Shown here: positions 20,747 through 32,081 of the stretch, piece after piece
How the letters are laid out: every line of letters starts with the position of its first letter
Numbering within the stretch: the first letter of the stretch is position 1
Assembly (NCBI GenBank): GCA_963921275.4
Contig: OZ001293.3
Span: forward strand, 128,001-192,000
Length of the DNA: 64,000 nucleotides
Reading direction: 5' to 3'
DNA from: an uncultured Hormoscilla sp.
GTDB lineage: Bacteria; Cyanobacteriota; Cyanobacteriia; Cyanobacteriales; Desertifilaceae
The notes under the pieces: generated by a model
What the model was told of the DNA's origin: nothing
The model's input: only the letters and a program-made list of their open reading frames with translations
Database searches by the model: none
Position numbers and translations under genes: made by a program

Positions 20747-23659
20747 ATGAAGCTAATCAAACGGACAACCCTCCTATATCAGGAGGGAAAGTCAGATAAG
20801 ATTTATGAAGTAGACCTATGCCAGACGGCGGCAGACCGTTATGTGGTAAAATTCCGCTACGGACGCCGTGGCAGTAAGCTCAAAGAAGGGGTAAAAACGG
20901 CTCAACCAGTGGCACTAGATCAGGCCCAGCAAGTATTCGACAAGCTGGTCAGCTCCAAGACGAAAAAAGGTTATCGCGATATTAGCACGGCAGAACCAGC
21001 AGCAACAGCACTGGACCCGACAGCACCGGACAGCGGTGAGGCCCGGAAACAAGCAATTCTCTCACGCCTAGCAGGAGGCGGAAACGGCAAGTGGCCAGTG
21101 TCGCGGGCAATATGGCGGGCCGGGGAACTGCAAATCTCGGAAGCGACCCCCCTACTGTTACCACTCATTAACAAGAATGACGCCCTGACAGATTATTGCA
21201 TTGCCTGGGCTTTAGGATGCTGTGGAGGTGAAGGTACACTGGAAGCGCTGCATGGTCTCATGCAAAATACCTCAACTCCGGAATTTGTCAGTCGCATCGC
21301 CTGGGAAGCAATAGTCAAACTTTCAGATAGTCAAACTAGGGCTTCATTACAGTCCCAGCAGATAGAAATGCTGCCCCAACAGCTACGAGACTATGCCAGA
21401 AATGGTTCGTCAGCATCCCTGGGAACAGCACTAGAAAGCTATCTGGATGGGGGGGACTACCAGAAGTTTGCGGTGTTGGATACTCTCTATCAAATTGATA
21501 ACCAGCACAGTCGCCCCGCCTTACTACATATATTGCGGACTGCGCCCTTACGTCCCAACTATTTTCGGCGCATGCGTCACATTTTCAAAATGGCTGAATA
21601 CCGCCATGATGGGGAAGTATTTGGCATTATTGCCTATCGCTTTGAACAAGAGAAGGCAATGTACCGCAGTAACTATGGGGGTGCCTATATCCGAGGGGTC
21701 GGGTACTTGCGGAAGTACGAATATCAGTATAACCGGGAAACTCGCAGGTATGAAAGACTGTCCAGTAATGAATTCCAAGAGGAAATGCAGCGTCCGGACA
21801 CGCGCATAGCCTACAGTGAAGCGACGCGGGAATATCTGCGGCGCCGGGTGTGGCGTACTCTCAAGCAGTTGGGAGAAGAGGGGTCCTCAGACTACGTGCA
21901 AATGGCTGCGGGCATACTGCTGACCTATTCTGATGATGATGTCGAGGCAGTAAAAGAGTCAATCTTTTATCGCTGGAACCGTTCTAACTGGACTCGCACT
22001 CAGTTCAGACGGCACTGGGACGCCTATGCTGGTTACTTGACATTTAACCATATCCTCTATGAAAATAGTCCCCGCTATGTGTTGATGCCTAATTCCCGGG
22101 GGTGGCGCTGTCGGGAAGGTTATCAACCGGGAGATCCAGAACCGGATGGGCGAGAGGAGGCTTTTCCGGAACTTTGGGAAGCACATCCAGAGGCGCTTTT
22201 GCAATTGCTTTTAGCCAGCAATTGTCGGCCAGTTCATCACTTTGCGGTTAAGGCTTTGCGAGTCTGTCAGCAGTTTTGTGCTACTATCGATGTTGACAGT
22301 TTAATCCAGTTGCTGAATAAACCCTATGAGGTGACGGCTCAACTGGGTTTTGCATTGGCCAGAGACCGCTATAACCCAGAGTATCCTAACATGGCTTTGC
22401 TGATGGCTCTGGCTAATTGCTTGTTTGCTCCAGCCCGCACTCAGGCCCATCAGTGGATCGCAGCCGCACCCGATCGCATCCTCTCAGATACTGGGGCGAT
22501 CGCATCATTAGTGACGAGTCAGCATTCGGACACCAGGGCCTTTGCACGGGAACTGTTAAGTTCGGCAGCGATCGGAAAGAATATAGCCAAGGTAGCGATC
22601 GGGCAGATTATTGCTGCGCTGCTAGCATTGGAGGAGACGGAAGCAGAAATTGCCCGGGAAATTGGCAAAACCTTGCTAAACTGTTTTCCCCAGCAGTTGC
22701 GGAAGTTAGGGTTGGGTGTTATCCTGGATTTGCTATCACACCCGATGCCAGAAATTCAGGCGATCGGGGCTCAGATCCTGTTAAATCACGAAACCCCAGC
22801 GGCGGAATTACCGCCAGAATTGATCGAATCCCTGCTATCATCTCCTTATGAATCGGTACGCAGTATAGGGATTGGGTTATTCGGTCAATTACCGGACGAA
22901 ACCCTGATGGGAGAACAGCGAGTAGTGATAGTAGCAATGGCCGTAAGTGCTGAGATCTCTATCCGCCAAGCCATCCAACCAATTATCCGCCGTCTAGCCA
23001 CAGAACATCCAGCATTTGGCACCCAGCTAGCGGGTGAATTGATCGAACTTTTGCTCGTTCCCGAAAGACATGAAGGGGTCCACAGCTATTTAGTGAGTCT
23101 GCTACGAGACTTTCCCTCGGAATGGATGACTGGCGTCACAAAAGAGACAGCATTGCAGTTGCTGCGGGCCAAATCTTCAGCAGCACGGGAATTGGGTGGT
23201 TTAATCCTCGCTGCCAATCATAGCAGTTGGGCCTCGGAATTTGAAACCCCAGAGGTCGTCAAGCTGGCCAGTCATGAGATTTTAGCCGTGCGATCGGCTG
23301 CGAGGGCCATGTTTTCCCAAAGGCTCGATCGCATCCGCAGAGATCCGCAAGAGAAATTATCAGCGGTGCGGTTGCTAGAGTCGAAATGGGAAGACACGCG
23401 CCAGTTTGCATTAGAAACATTTACGAACAGTTTCAGCAATGAAGACTGGACCCCAGAAGTAATGATTAGCATCTGTGACAGTATTCGAGAAGAGGTGCGT
23501 CAATATGGCAGAGACTTAGTCACGCGCCACTTCCAAGCCAGCAACGGCGAAGAATACCTCGTCAAATTCAGCGAACATCCCTCAGCGAACATGCAGCTAT
23601 TTGCCACCAACTATCTGGAAAGCTATGCGGTGGATAATCCCGATCGGTTAGAGCAGTAA
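20747..23659 (+). CDS. WGR-domain protein with HEAT-like helical repeats (possibly C-truncated)
   Basis: SDKIYEV...FRYGRRG...K.KKGY N-terminus. Confidence 0.8.
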   Translation: MKLIKRTTLLYQEGKSDKIYEVDLCQTAADRYVVKFRYGRRGSKLKEGVKTAQPVALDQAQQVFDKLVSSKTKKGYRDISTAEPAATALDPTAPDSGEARKQAILSRLAGGGNGKWPVSRAIWRAGELQISEATPLLLPLINKNDALTDYCIAWALGCCGGEGTLEALHGLMQNTSTPEFVSRIAWEAIVKLSDSQTRASLQSQQIEMLPQQLRDYARNGSSASLGTALESYLDGGDYQKFAVLDTLYQIDNQHSRPALLHILRTAPLRPNYFRRMRHIFKMAEYRHDGEVFGIIAYRFEQEKAMYRSNYGGAYIRGVGYLRKYEYQYNRETRRYERLSSNEFQEEMQRPDTRIAYSEATREYLRRRVWRTLKQLGEEGSSDYVQMAAGILLTYSDDDVEAVKESIFYRWNRSNWTRTQFRRHWDAYAGYLTFNHILYENSPRYVLMPNSRGWRCREGYQPGDPEPDGREEAFPELWEAHPEALLQLLLASNCRPVHHFAVKALRVCQQFCATIDVDSLIQLLNKPYEVTAQLGFALARDRYNPEYPNMALLMALANCLFAPARTQAHQWIAAAPDRILSDTGAIASLVTSQHSDTRAFARELLSSAAIGKNIAKVAIGQIIAALLALEETEAEIAREIGKTLLNCFPQQLRKLGLGVILDLLSHPMPEIQAIGAQILLNHETPAAELPPELIESLLSSPYESVRSIGIGLFGQLPDETLMGEQRVVIVAMAVSAEISIRQAIQPIIRRLATEHPAFGTQLAGELIELLLVPERHEGVHSYLVSLLRDFPSEWMTGVTKETALQLLRAKSSAARELGGLILAANHSSWASEFETPEVVKLASHEILAVRSAARAMFSQRLDRIRRDPQEKLSAVRLLESKWEDTRQFALETFTNSFSNEDWTPEVMISICDSIREEVRQYGRDLVTRHFQASNGEEYLVKFSEHPSANMQLFATNYLESYAVDNPDRLEQ

Positions 23660-23729
23660 TGACAAGGCCAGAGTCAGGGAATGAGAGAATTGTCAATTTC
23701 CCGTGCAATAATATGAGCATAAGATCGCA

Positions 23730-24146
23730 ATGTCTGCCAAAGATAGATTTCATGATTCAGTCAAAACCGGATTAATTAAACAGGGATGGAAAATTACCCA
23801 CGAGCCTCTATATCTAGATTTTGACAATACTAGAGTTAAAGTAGATTTAGCTGGAGAAAAACTGATTGCAGCAGAGCGAAACATTGAAAAAATTGCCGTT
23901 GAAGTAAAGAGTTTTATTGCACCATCAACTATCTATGAATTTTATTTAGCTGTAGGTCAAGGTTTATCTTATCGTATAGCTCTCAGGGAACAGGAACCGG
24001 AACGCCAACTATATCTTGCCGTGCCAATTTTTATATATCAAGAGTTTTTTCGCCTTACTTTGGCTCAAAAAACTATTCAGGAAGCCAAATTAAGTATTAT
24101 TCTTTACGAACCAGATGAAGAGGAGATTGTGCAATGGATAAGCTAA
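23730..24146 (+). CDS. xisH: XisH family protein
   Basis: MSAKD.FH..V...L...GW.IT; IAVEVKSF. Confidence 0.93.
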   Translation: MSAKDRFHDSVKTGLIKQGWKITHEPLYLDFDNTRVKVDLAGEKLIAAERNIEKIAVEVKSFIAPSTIYEFYLAVGQGLSYRIALREQEPERQLYLAVPIFIYQEFFRLTLAQKTIQEAKLSIILYEPDEEEIVQWIS

Positions 24147-24469
24147 ATCAGTATCGGGGTTTGATTGAAGAAATGCTCGATAAATATAGTGAAATTAAAC
24201 TATCTTACGGGGAGATAGAGATCTATACTTTCTTCGACAGAGAACGGGATCATTATCAGGTTTTTGAAGCGGGATGGAATAAGTATAAGCGAGTGTTCGG
24301 ACCGCTAATTCATATTGATATTTTGGATGGAAAAATCTGGATTCAGCATGATGGTACAGAGGTTGGCATTGCCAATGAATTGGTGGAGCTAGGGATACCG
24401 AAGCATGATATCGTGCTGGGGTATCATGCCAAAATTATGCGACAATATGATGGCTTTGCTGTAGGATGA
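24134..24469 (+). CDS. xisI: XisI family protein
   Basis: HIDI.DGKIWIQHDGTE.GIA.ELV. Confidence 0.95.
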   Translation: MDKLNQYRGLIEEMLDKYSEIKLSYGEIEIYTFFDRERDHYQVFEAGWNKYKRVFGPLIHIDILDGKIWIQHDGTEVGIANELVELGIPKHDIVLGYHAKIMRQYDGFAVG

Positions 24470-24704
24470 TGATTATTTGTTATTAATTCCTGGCCCGATC
24501 GGGTGGTGGGGTGACGAAGCAACCGGGGGCGATCGGGGGGCGATCGGGCTAATTTGATGATAGCATGGTTAACAGGGATATTGTCTCACTAGGAGGAAAA
24601 AAATCCCCAAGCCATTGCTGGCACTGAATTTTAATAGGTATAAGTTGACAAATTAAAAAGGATAATGATAAAATAACAGTAAGAGTTACCGCAGGAGTTG
24701 AGCG

Positions 24705-25376
24705 ATGATAGCTTTAACCACTACTCCCGATCGCATAGATATATCGGAGTTGCCACAATGGCAGTCAGCCACTTGGGAAGATTACTGTGGCTATCGGGAC
24801 GATCGCAATTTAGAGAAGGTTCGCATTTTCTTTAACCACAACTACTTGTATCTAGACATGTCGAATGAAGGAATTAACCACGCTAAGGTTGTTGGTCTCT
24901 TTACGATGCTGTTTTTTATCTGGTTCGATCGCTTTTCAGAATTGACTGCTAGCTATCTAGGGGGGTGTTTAATTGAGAAGCCAAAAAATCAAGCGGCATC
25001 GCCAGATTTAGTTTTATATATAGGTGAAGGCGTCCCCGAATGGCAAGAAGGGGAACCGCGTCGTATTAATTTAAGCAAGTGGCGAGTTCCGGATCTGGTG
25101 GGTGAAATTGCCGATACTACCCTAGCTACTGACTTGGATGAAAAGAAACAACTTTATGCGGAATTAGAAATCCCGGAATATTGGGTCATCGATGTTCTGG
25201 GAGAACGGGTGCTTGCTTTTAGATTGCAGTCCGATGGCAAGTATCAACAGCAGCATAATTCGATCGCTTTAGAGGGTTTGCCGATTTCATTACTAGAGAT
25301 GACGGTAAAACGGCTAAATAAGGAATCTAATATTAGCGCTGGTGGCTGGTTTGCTCGACAAATTGGCAAGCTTTAA
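24705..25376 (+). CDS. Uma2 family endonuclease-like protein
   Basis: PDLV.EI, IPEYWVID. Confidence 0.9.
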   Translation: MIALTTTPDRIDISELPQWQSATWEDYCGYRDDRNLEKVRIFFNHNYLYLDMSNEGINHAKVVGLFTMLFFIWFDRFSELTASYLGGCLIEKPKNQAASPDLVLYIGEGVPEWQEGEPRRINLSKWRVPDLVGEIADTTLATDLDEKKQLYAELEIPEYWVIDVLGERVLAFRLQSDGKYQQQHNSIALEGLPISLLEMTVKRLNKESNISAGGWFARQIGKL

Positions 25377-25627
25377 GATCCGTTTTCATACAACTGGATA
25401 ATTATAGCATAACTGCGAATATTTCCCTCCCAGGCTATTGATATTGGATATAAAATAATGTACAAATTATAATCCGATCGGGCTGATTTGATGATAGCAT
25501 GGTTAACATGGATCTTGTCCCACTACGAGCGATCAAGACTGAATAAGCAATTAAGTAAATTACAAGCTGATAGGCGATAATTTTGGCTAATTTAGGTGTA
25601 TAGTTTTTATGTCGGTAGCAACTTAGA

Positions 25628-27139
25628 TTATTTTGTAATCAAGGACAAATCTACTGCCCCAAAGTTAGTACTAAAAGCCAGATTCACATGTTCAAAGGCT
25701 TCGATTATACTGCCCCAAAGTTGGTACTAAAAGCCAGATTCACATGTTCAAAGGCTTCGATTAACCACTGTACTGCATCTCTGGTACAGGACTCGTAGTG
25801 ATTGTACAAAATCGCCAGTCGCTTTTCCAGGTATGGCTTCACTGTGCGGCAGATTAGTACAATCTTCAGTAGTAAGCCGACTGTCCGGGCAGGTCCATTA
25901 TTGGCTATTAGGTCAACAAAGACAAAGTGGTTCGGGTTCGCGCCGTTTTCCACTACCAGGAAGTTTAGCAACTGACTGCAAGTGCGGACCACCAAGAAGT
26001 CGCTCAACTTCTGATCGTCGCTAGTCGGGATCGCTTTTTTCAGGCGATCGTACAGTTGCCGATTAAATTTCCGCTGACCATACCTCGGATCTATCGACGC
26101 TGTCAAGTATTCATAGAGATCGTGTTTGTAAGCTCCGTAGGATTTTGTCTGCCTCGTCTGGGCCAAGAACTTCTGGGCCAAATCCTGATGAGTGTATGGG
26201 CCTTCCACTTTTCCCACGAATTGTTTCAGGGCCACCACCAGCTCCCGATCGCTCAACAGGGTCGGATTTGGGTGAGATTTGAGAATCCTCGCCACCTTTT
26301 CGGGGGGATATTTACGATACAGTTGAGAACGCCGTACTTGGTAAGTCACATACTGAGACAGGTCCACTTCAAATTTCCGCTGCCTTTCTGTTTGCACCTG
26401 TCTGATCGTTTGTTGTTGCTCGTAATTACTTTCTTCCCCCAACATGCAATGGGCGTACAGGTATGGGTAGCGGCTAATCAATCCCCCTAAAGGTTTATCT
26501 CCTCCCTTTTCATTCACCTCGGCGGTTTGGCTAAATACCTGGGCTAAGGGAGACAGAGTCAAATACTGTTCACTGTTGACAAAATCCTGTACCAGAGGAC
26601 GTAACCGTCTCACTGATATCCTATGAGTAGAACTACTCAGGAAATTTCCTTTACCGTAATTTTCAAACAGCCCCACTAACTCCCGGAATTGCCCCTTGCA
26701 GTTGGGGCTGCCTGCGCCAGTGGTTGATCAGGATGTGGCAGCATCTATTCAGGATAAACTTGAACTCCTGGTCTGCCTTTTTGACAGCCGCCAGCCGATC
26801 TAATGCCGCTTTGATTTCATATTCTGTGTAATTTCCCTCTATAAATAGAGCCCGAAAGCGATTTATCATCTCCTCTGGTGATGACTCTCGCACATAGGAG
26901 AGCAGATGGTCGTATATCACCTGCTCTTGGTTTTTTTTCCGATTTGAGCCGCCTCCCACAGCAATAGCTTGCTGAGATTTTCCTGCGACAGAAAATGTGG
27001 GAATTGAATCGGATTCATATTCTCTTTTTGAGGGAGCAAATATCTTTTTTGTAACTGGCAAACTTACTCCAGCAACAAGTACCTGATTATCCTCTTCAAC
27101 CACTTCATCTACTCGCTCAAGTTGCTGGACTGTTACCAT
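25628..27139 (-). pseudogene. Conserved cyanobacterial hypothetical gene, frameshift near 26685 and duplicated 3' end
   Basis: LNRCCHILINHW / YPYLY; extra G in a G run; 56-bp tandem duplication at 25652-25763. Confidence 0.7.
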
Positions 27140-27718
27140 GCGATCGACCTGGGATCTTGCAGCATTCCCCCATCTGCCTCCAGCTTAACAAAGATGCAAG
27201 ATGTGCGATACAGTTCATTGGCGATCGCGTCCGGCCACGGCGGTATCACATTCCATGTACATTCATTCGGGTGGCGCCGGGGCACGGCGGTATTACATCG
27301 ATCTGATTTACCTCACATCTGTTGATGCCGTGCCCCTTGTATGCTAAGATTAGTCTACATCACATTGCCTCACTCATACCATCTGTCCTCTTTGCCTTGT
27401 CTGTCACCTTCGGGTGGCGCAGGGGCACGATCGAAAGGCTACAGGCTCCAATACCGCCAGCGCGTTCCTCCTCAAAGGGTTAAGAAACCCTGTTTCTCCG
27501 AGAAACAGGGTTTCTGGGTGGGCGAGCGCTCGGAGGGAACTACCATCCTATATACTTAGTCACTTGAGTAGCTTACCGCTATCACCTAAAACCCGATCGG
27601 GCTCACAACCTACCCGTGGGGACGATCGCTAGCTAGAAAGGGCAAGCTATCCCTATAATAGTAAATGTGGAAGCAAAAAGAAGCCAAAGTCAAGGAAGAT
27701 TGACAAAGGAGAAGAAAT

Positions 27719-28330
27719 ATGATCAAAAAAATTGTAGTGACTCTCACCTTAATAACTCCTCTACTTTTTACTAGCGCCGTTAAAGCTGAGAATCCGGAAC
27801 ATGTAGAACAGTTATTGACAACTAGGGAATGTCATCGCTGCGACCTTTCAGGAGCAAACCTATTTCAAGAACATCTGATCGGCGCTGACTTGAGAGAAGC
27901 TAACCTGGAAGGCGCAAACCTCACCCAAGCTAACCTGGAAGGGGCTGATTTAACCGGTGCCAACCTACAGGGAGCTAACTTAACGGGCGCTCACTTAACC
28001 GATGCCAGTCTGAATGACGCCAACCTCAACCAAGTGAATTTTAGCAGTGCCAATATTTATAGCGTTGACGTATCAGGGGCATCAATGGTTGATATAGTCT
28101 TGACTGATGCCAACGTCCATAATACCGCAATCGGCGTTGGGGGAGTATATGAGGAAACCGACCTTGTAGAAGATCCCGAAAAATTATTTGTAGAATCTGC
28201 TACAGGATATATCGAAGGAAATGAGCTTCAAGAATATCCAGCACATTATCTGGTGGAATATCCTGATGCTCCCTATTCCTATCCTGAAGGCCACAAAGAA
28301 TATCCGGTCGTCAATACCTATTGGTATTAA
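27719..28330 (+). CDS. Pentapeptide repeat protein with signal peptide
   Basis: A(N/D)L.. repeats; AENP.HV.QLL.T..C..CDL. Confidence 0.93.
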   Translation: MIKKIVVTLTLITPLLFTSAVKAENPEHVEQLLTTRECHRCDLSGANLFQEHLIGADLREANLEGANLTQANLEGADLTGANLQGANLTGAHLTDASLNDANLNQVNFSSANIYSVDVSGASMVDIVLTDANVHNTAIGVGGVYEETDLVEDPEKLFVESATGYIEGNELQEYPAHYLVEYPDAPYSYPEGHKEYPVVNTYWY

Positions 28331-28560
28331 GGCGCGGGCGGGGGATATATCGGGCGATCGCCTGGAAGGAACTGTAGGTTGGGCTTACCCACGACCCACG
28401 AAACCCAACAGTACCAATGCATGTTGGGTTTCGCTGATTTGTGCCCCGTGTATTATACCATACGATCGCCAGTCCTCTGGTGCGGAGTGCGACCCTACTC
28501 TGGAATTAGTCACGAATCATTTAGGATTGCTATAGCTAAAATATCGAGAAAAGATTGCCA

Positions 28561-30304
28561 ATGCGAAACAAACTTGTTACCTTCATCTTTTTCCTAGTCT
28601 TGATTTTCCTAGTCTTGAGGAGTGTGTGCGATTCGTTCTAGCCTAACGTGGTCAAACACGGAACGCTAGCCCGGTTTCATTAGCCGGGAACTCTGACCGC
28701 ATGGGGGTTAAATTCCCCTCCCCCCAGGTACGGGGGTGACACCGGTCCTCGGTGCTACGAAGCGACATCATCGTGGTGCTAAGCGAGGACTCAAATGTAG
28801 GATAACTGGCAGCCTAAGCCGGTGACGCCGCTAGGAAAGATATCCAAGGTTAGAGCAGGCAAACATGTGCAAGCCTCGTTATAAGGAACCAGCGAAATAA
28901 GGCTATATGCGCTGGCCTAAAAAGGAAATGGTAGCTAGTATTAGTTTTAGACTCTGGCTAATATAGTACTCAAATAGCTCCCGGGGTATAGTGTGGACCT
29001 AAAGGTATCGCGAAATGTTGTTAGGGAACGAAGTAACCTCTCGTGTGCTGTCCATCAGGACAAGTTAGATGTTAAGCGCAAGCCACGGGGGGAGGGATGG
29101 CCCAAGAAGCGAATGCCCGGGGTAATTCCTGGGATAACATCTACAGTAATGTAGATGATGCTGGGTAGCCAGCGCTGACGTGGGTCGGTGATACTAGGAA
29201 GCTGCTGGAATGAGTAATCCTAAAAAGCCACGGAACTAATCCGAAACGCAAGTGGAGGATAAGGTATGGATAACTGGTAAAACTGACTTGAAAATGGTGA
29301 TACTAACGGTTATCAGAACAACCACTCGCTAAACCAGGAAAGGGAAGAAAAGACAGGCGGCAAGGGCTAACGGAAGTAATTCCTATTAAGTCTACCTATG
29401 AAAAGGGCCTAGTACCCAGTAGCCGGATGCGGTGAAAATCGCAAGTCCGGTTCCTCAAGGGAGGGTCGGGAAGCGATTCCCGGCTCGACCCCATCCATTT
29501 CCCTTTAACCTGACTCAAGTCGCTAGGGATTGTTTGCCATTTTTCGATGAGGAGGACAATCCAGTGGCGGTTAATTTCGGGGGCGTACAAGATATTACTC
29601 CGGTGCCACCGGTTTTGTCGGAGTTCGATCGCGCCGTTAACCAAGTCTGCGGCGAACCGGGCAAAGCGGTGTCTCGTGCCGAATTCCAGCAATTGATGAA
29701 TGACCACCCGCAGGTTTTAGCAGCAATTCAAGACTTTACCGAGGGCAAGGTGTTTGGCTCACGCCCCACTCTCCGCGACACCGCAGCCTACCTCGAAGAT
29801 TTAACCGATGCCTGGTTCAACATCCACGGCTTCGACCACATTATCTGCGCCGAACCCACGGCAGGAGGATCCATTGGCGGCTTCCACTTCTGGGGACGCT
29901 ACCTGGAATTGCAGCAAAAAGGCTTGGCATGTCGCCTTCCAAACCTATCTCGCGCTGAAGTCATCCCTGGTGTCATCTATACTATGGGGGCAAAAATCAA
30001 AGTTGACGGCGGCGTGGCTAGTTCTCCCGTCAAGGGATATGGTCTTACCCTCAGTGCCGCCGACATTCTCAAAGCGGCCACCAAAGCGTTCGCGGAAAAT
30101 CCGACTGCGAGTACGAAGAGTAAGGGCTGTTTGTTGCCCCTGGAAGATGACGGTCGGGAGTTTATAACGGTGTTCGTGCGTCGCGCCGGTGGCATTCGCA
30201 CTTTTTATCCCGATGCGACACCGGATACAAACCGCAACCCCGACTGCAAAGCCGAGATTGTCTTGGCCTCCCGCGTCCATAGCTCGGTAGTGGGTCACAA
30301 TTAA
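28561..30304 (+). CDS. Intron-interrupted EndoU-like secreted nuclease (exon 1 28561-~28625; exon 2 29495-30304)
   Basis: Exon 1 is signal-peptide-like; exon 2 has FDHIICAE, GGFHFWGRY, IRTFYPD. Confidence 0.65.
28626..29494 (+). mobile_element. ORF-less group II intron (869 nt)
   Basis: 5' GTGCGATTCG; domain V AGCCGGATGCGGTGAAAATCGCAAGTCCGGTT at ~29421-29452; domain VI ending GACCCCAT; EBS1-like loop at 28947-28955. Confidence 0.9.
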
Positions 30305-30525
30305 GGTGCGCGGTGCTCATCTTATCATTTTCAGGTTGAGATTGGACGAATCGTCGGTCTGAAACAATATCAAGTTTCGCGTCAGATAGGCTTGTCCAAA
30401 CCCGTGCTGTTGAAAGCTTTGTCTTGCTGGAGTGAGCAAAATCAGGGGAATAAACTGACTGCTGAGATATCTCATCAGATGTCGTCAGCCATCAATGGTT
30501 ACAACAGTTCCTACGAACGGAATAA

Positions 30526-30592
30526 TGGACGTAACTGGACTCGAACCAGTGACCGCCACGATGTCAACGTGGTGCTCTAACCAACTGAGCTA
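30526..30592 (-). pseudogene. Partial tRNA-Val(GAC) lacking the 5' acceptor strand
   Basis: Matches 31667-31733 with one substitution. Confidence 0.85.
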
Positions 30593-31399
30593 ATCTATTT
30601 CGTCGGGGTTTATTCCCATTTCCAGTAACCGCTGGGCAAATTTTTCCGCACGTTCGCGTTCTTTTTCCGCACGTTCGCGTTCTTTTTCCGCACGTTGACG
30701 ATCTAAAAGGGCTTGTTCTTCCATGGCTTGAATTTTTGCCCGTTCTTCTTTCATTAATAGCTCCACCTGCGGGGGGTCTAGCAATTCTTTCGCCGATAAA
30801 ACTAGCCGCTCTAATTGACCAGAAACAATTGATTGCTCTTCGGTGAAATCAACAAAGCTATAGCCTTCTATCTTGGTGGGATTAGTAAATACCCTCACTC
30901 GTTGCTGTTTCGGGTCTATTATCCAATATTCGGGAATTTCCGCTATTTCGTATTCAGAGCGTTTAATCACGTAATCATCCCGGGCATTGCTGCTGACAAC
31001 TTCCACTACCAGAATCGGTTTTTCGGCAAAATCTAAAACTCCTGCACCGGTACGATGCTTGACTTGTTCCCAAATACTTTGGGTACAGACTACTACATCG
31101 GGAATTCGTGATGAATTTTCTTCGGTGCGGACACCCGTCGCTATAGAGTGCGCGACTAAATCCAAGTTTCGATCTGTAAGGTAGCGCAGTAACTTATAAA
31201 GCAAAAATTTGCAAATGTCAGTATGTAAGTGTGTTGCTGCTGGCATTCTTATTAATCGCCCCCTGTATAATTCATAGAGAACATCGGGTTCTCCTTCATA
31301 TTCGAGATATTCTGCAAAAGTGTACAAGCGTTCATTCCCTTGATGCTCTTTTTTTTGTGGTTCATTGATGGTAACCGCCTTTGCTACTGCTTGAGTCAT
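30590..31399 (-). CDS. Uma2 family protein with coiled-coil tail
   Basis: R.PDVVV, VEVVS, IPEYWIIDP, ERAEKERER repeats. Confidence 0.9.
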   Translation of the reverse strand: MTQAVAKAVTINEPQKKEHQGNERLYTFAEYLEYEGEPDVLYELYRGRLIRMPAATHLHTDICKFLLYKLLRYLTDRNLDLVAHSIATGVRTEENSSRIPDVVVCTQSIWEQVKHRTGAGVLDFAEKPILVVEVVSSNARDDYVIKRSEYEIAEIPEYWIIDPKQQRVRVFTNPTKIEGYSFVDFTEEQSIVSGQLERLVLSAKELLDPPQVELLMKEERAKIQAMEEQALLDRQRAEKERERAEKERERAEKFAQRLLEMGINPDEID

Positions 31400-31512
31400 A
31401 ATGGACTTGCCTCTCGTGCGATCGGGTTCTTTGACTATTTTATCTAAAAAGTATTGGGAGCGATCCGGGTAGGGATGCTCGGCCCCTGAACGTGGGTAAC
31501 GGTTACGGGGAA

Positions 31513-31586
31513 TGGACGTAACTGGACTCGAACCAGTGACCCCCACGATGTCAACGTGGTGCTCTAACCAACTGGGCTATACGTCC
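31513..31586 (-). tRNA. tRNA-Val(GAC) duplicate with a D-stem mismatch
   Basis: GCCCAG instead of GCTCAG. Confidence 0.7.
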
Positions 31587-31666
31587 ATTTAGAACATTTT
31601 GATTTGCTTGGGAGCGATCCGGGTAGGGATGCTCAGCCCCTGAATGTGGGTAACGGTTGTAGGGAA

Positions 31667-31740
31667 TGGACGTAACTGGACTCGAACCAGTGACCCCCAC
31701 GATGTCAACGTGGTGCTCTAACCAACTGAGCTATACGTCC
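31667..31740 (-). tRNA. trnV: tRNA-Val(GAC)
   Basis: Full cloverleaf; CCACG-TTGACAT-CGTGG anticodon arm; GGTTCGAGTCC. Confidence 0.95.
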
Positions 31741-32081
31741 GTCACAAAAACCAGCATAACACAACTTCTGGTCAGAGTGCAACAAATTTTTTTGCACTGG
31801 CAAGAGGCTGGATGTGCTGACAAAAATCAGCATAACACAACTTCTGGTCAGAGTGCAACAAATTTTTTGCACTTTCCAGGCAAGAGGTTGAAGGCAGGGG
31901 CCTTCACCGGCGCATTACCAGGCTCCGGCCTAGTAATGCGATTGTACAACACAACTGCCTCAGCGGCAATCCCCTGGTTAGAAAGGAGCATGTCTTGGAC
32001 GATCGTCATGTCTTTTTGCTCTTGGTGTGACAGATCGCCGGCGATCGGGGCTGTTGCTGACAGAGACGTTCTCGGTTGACT

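Noticed and set aside
23730..24469. Heterocyst-type excision element
   Set aside because: No recombinase nearby; standalone xisHI pairs are common
29432..29494. N-terminus of the 290-aa ORF
   Set aside because: It is intron domains V-VI
31400..32079. ORFs 31666-32079 and the 5' extension of Uma2
   Set aside because: They overlap tRNA copies and are spurious
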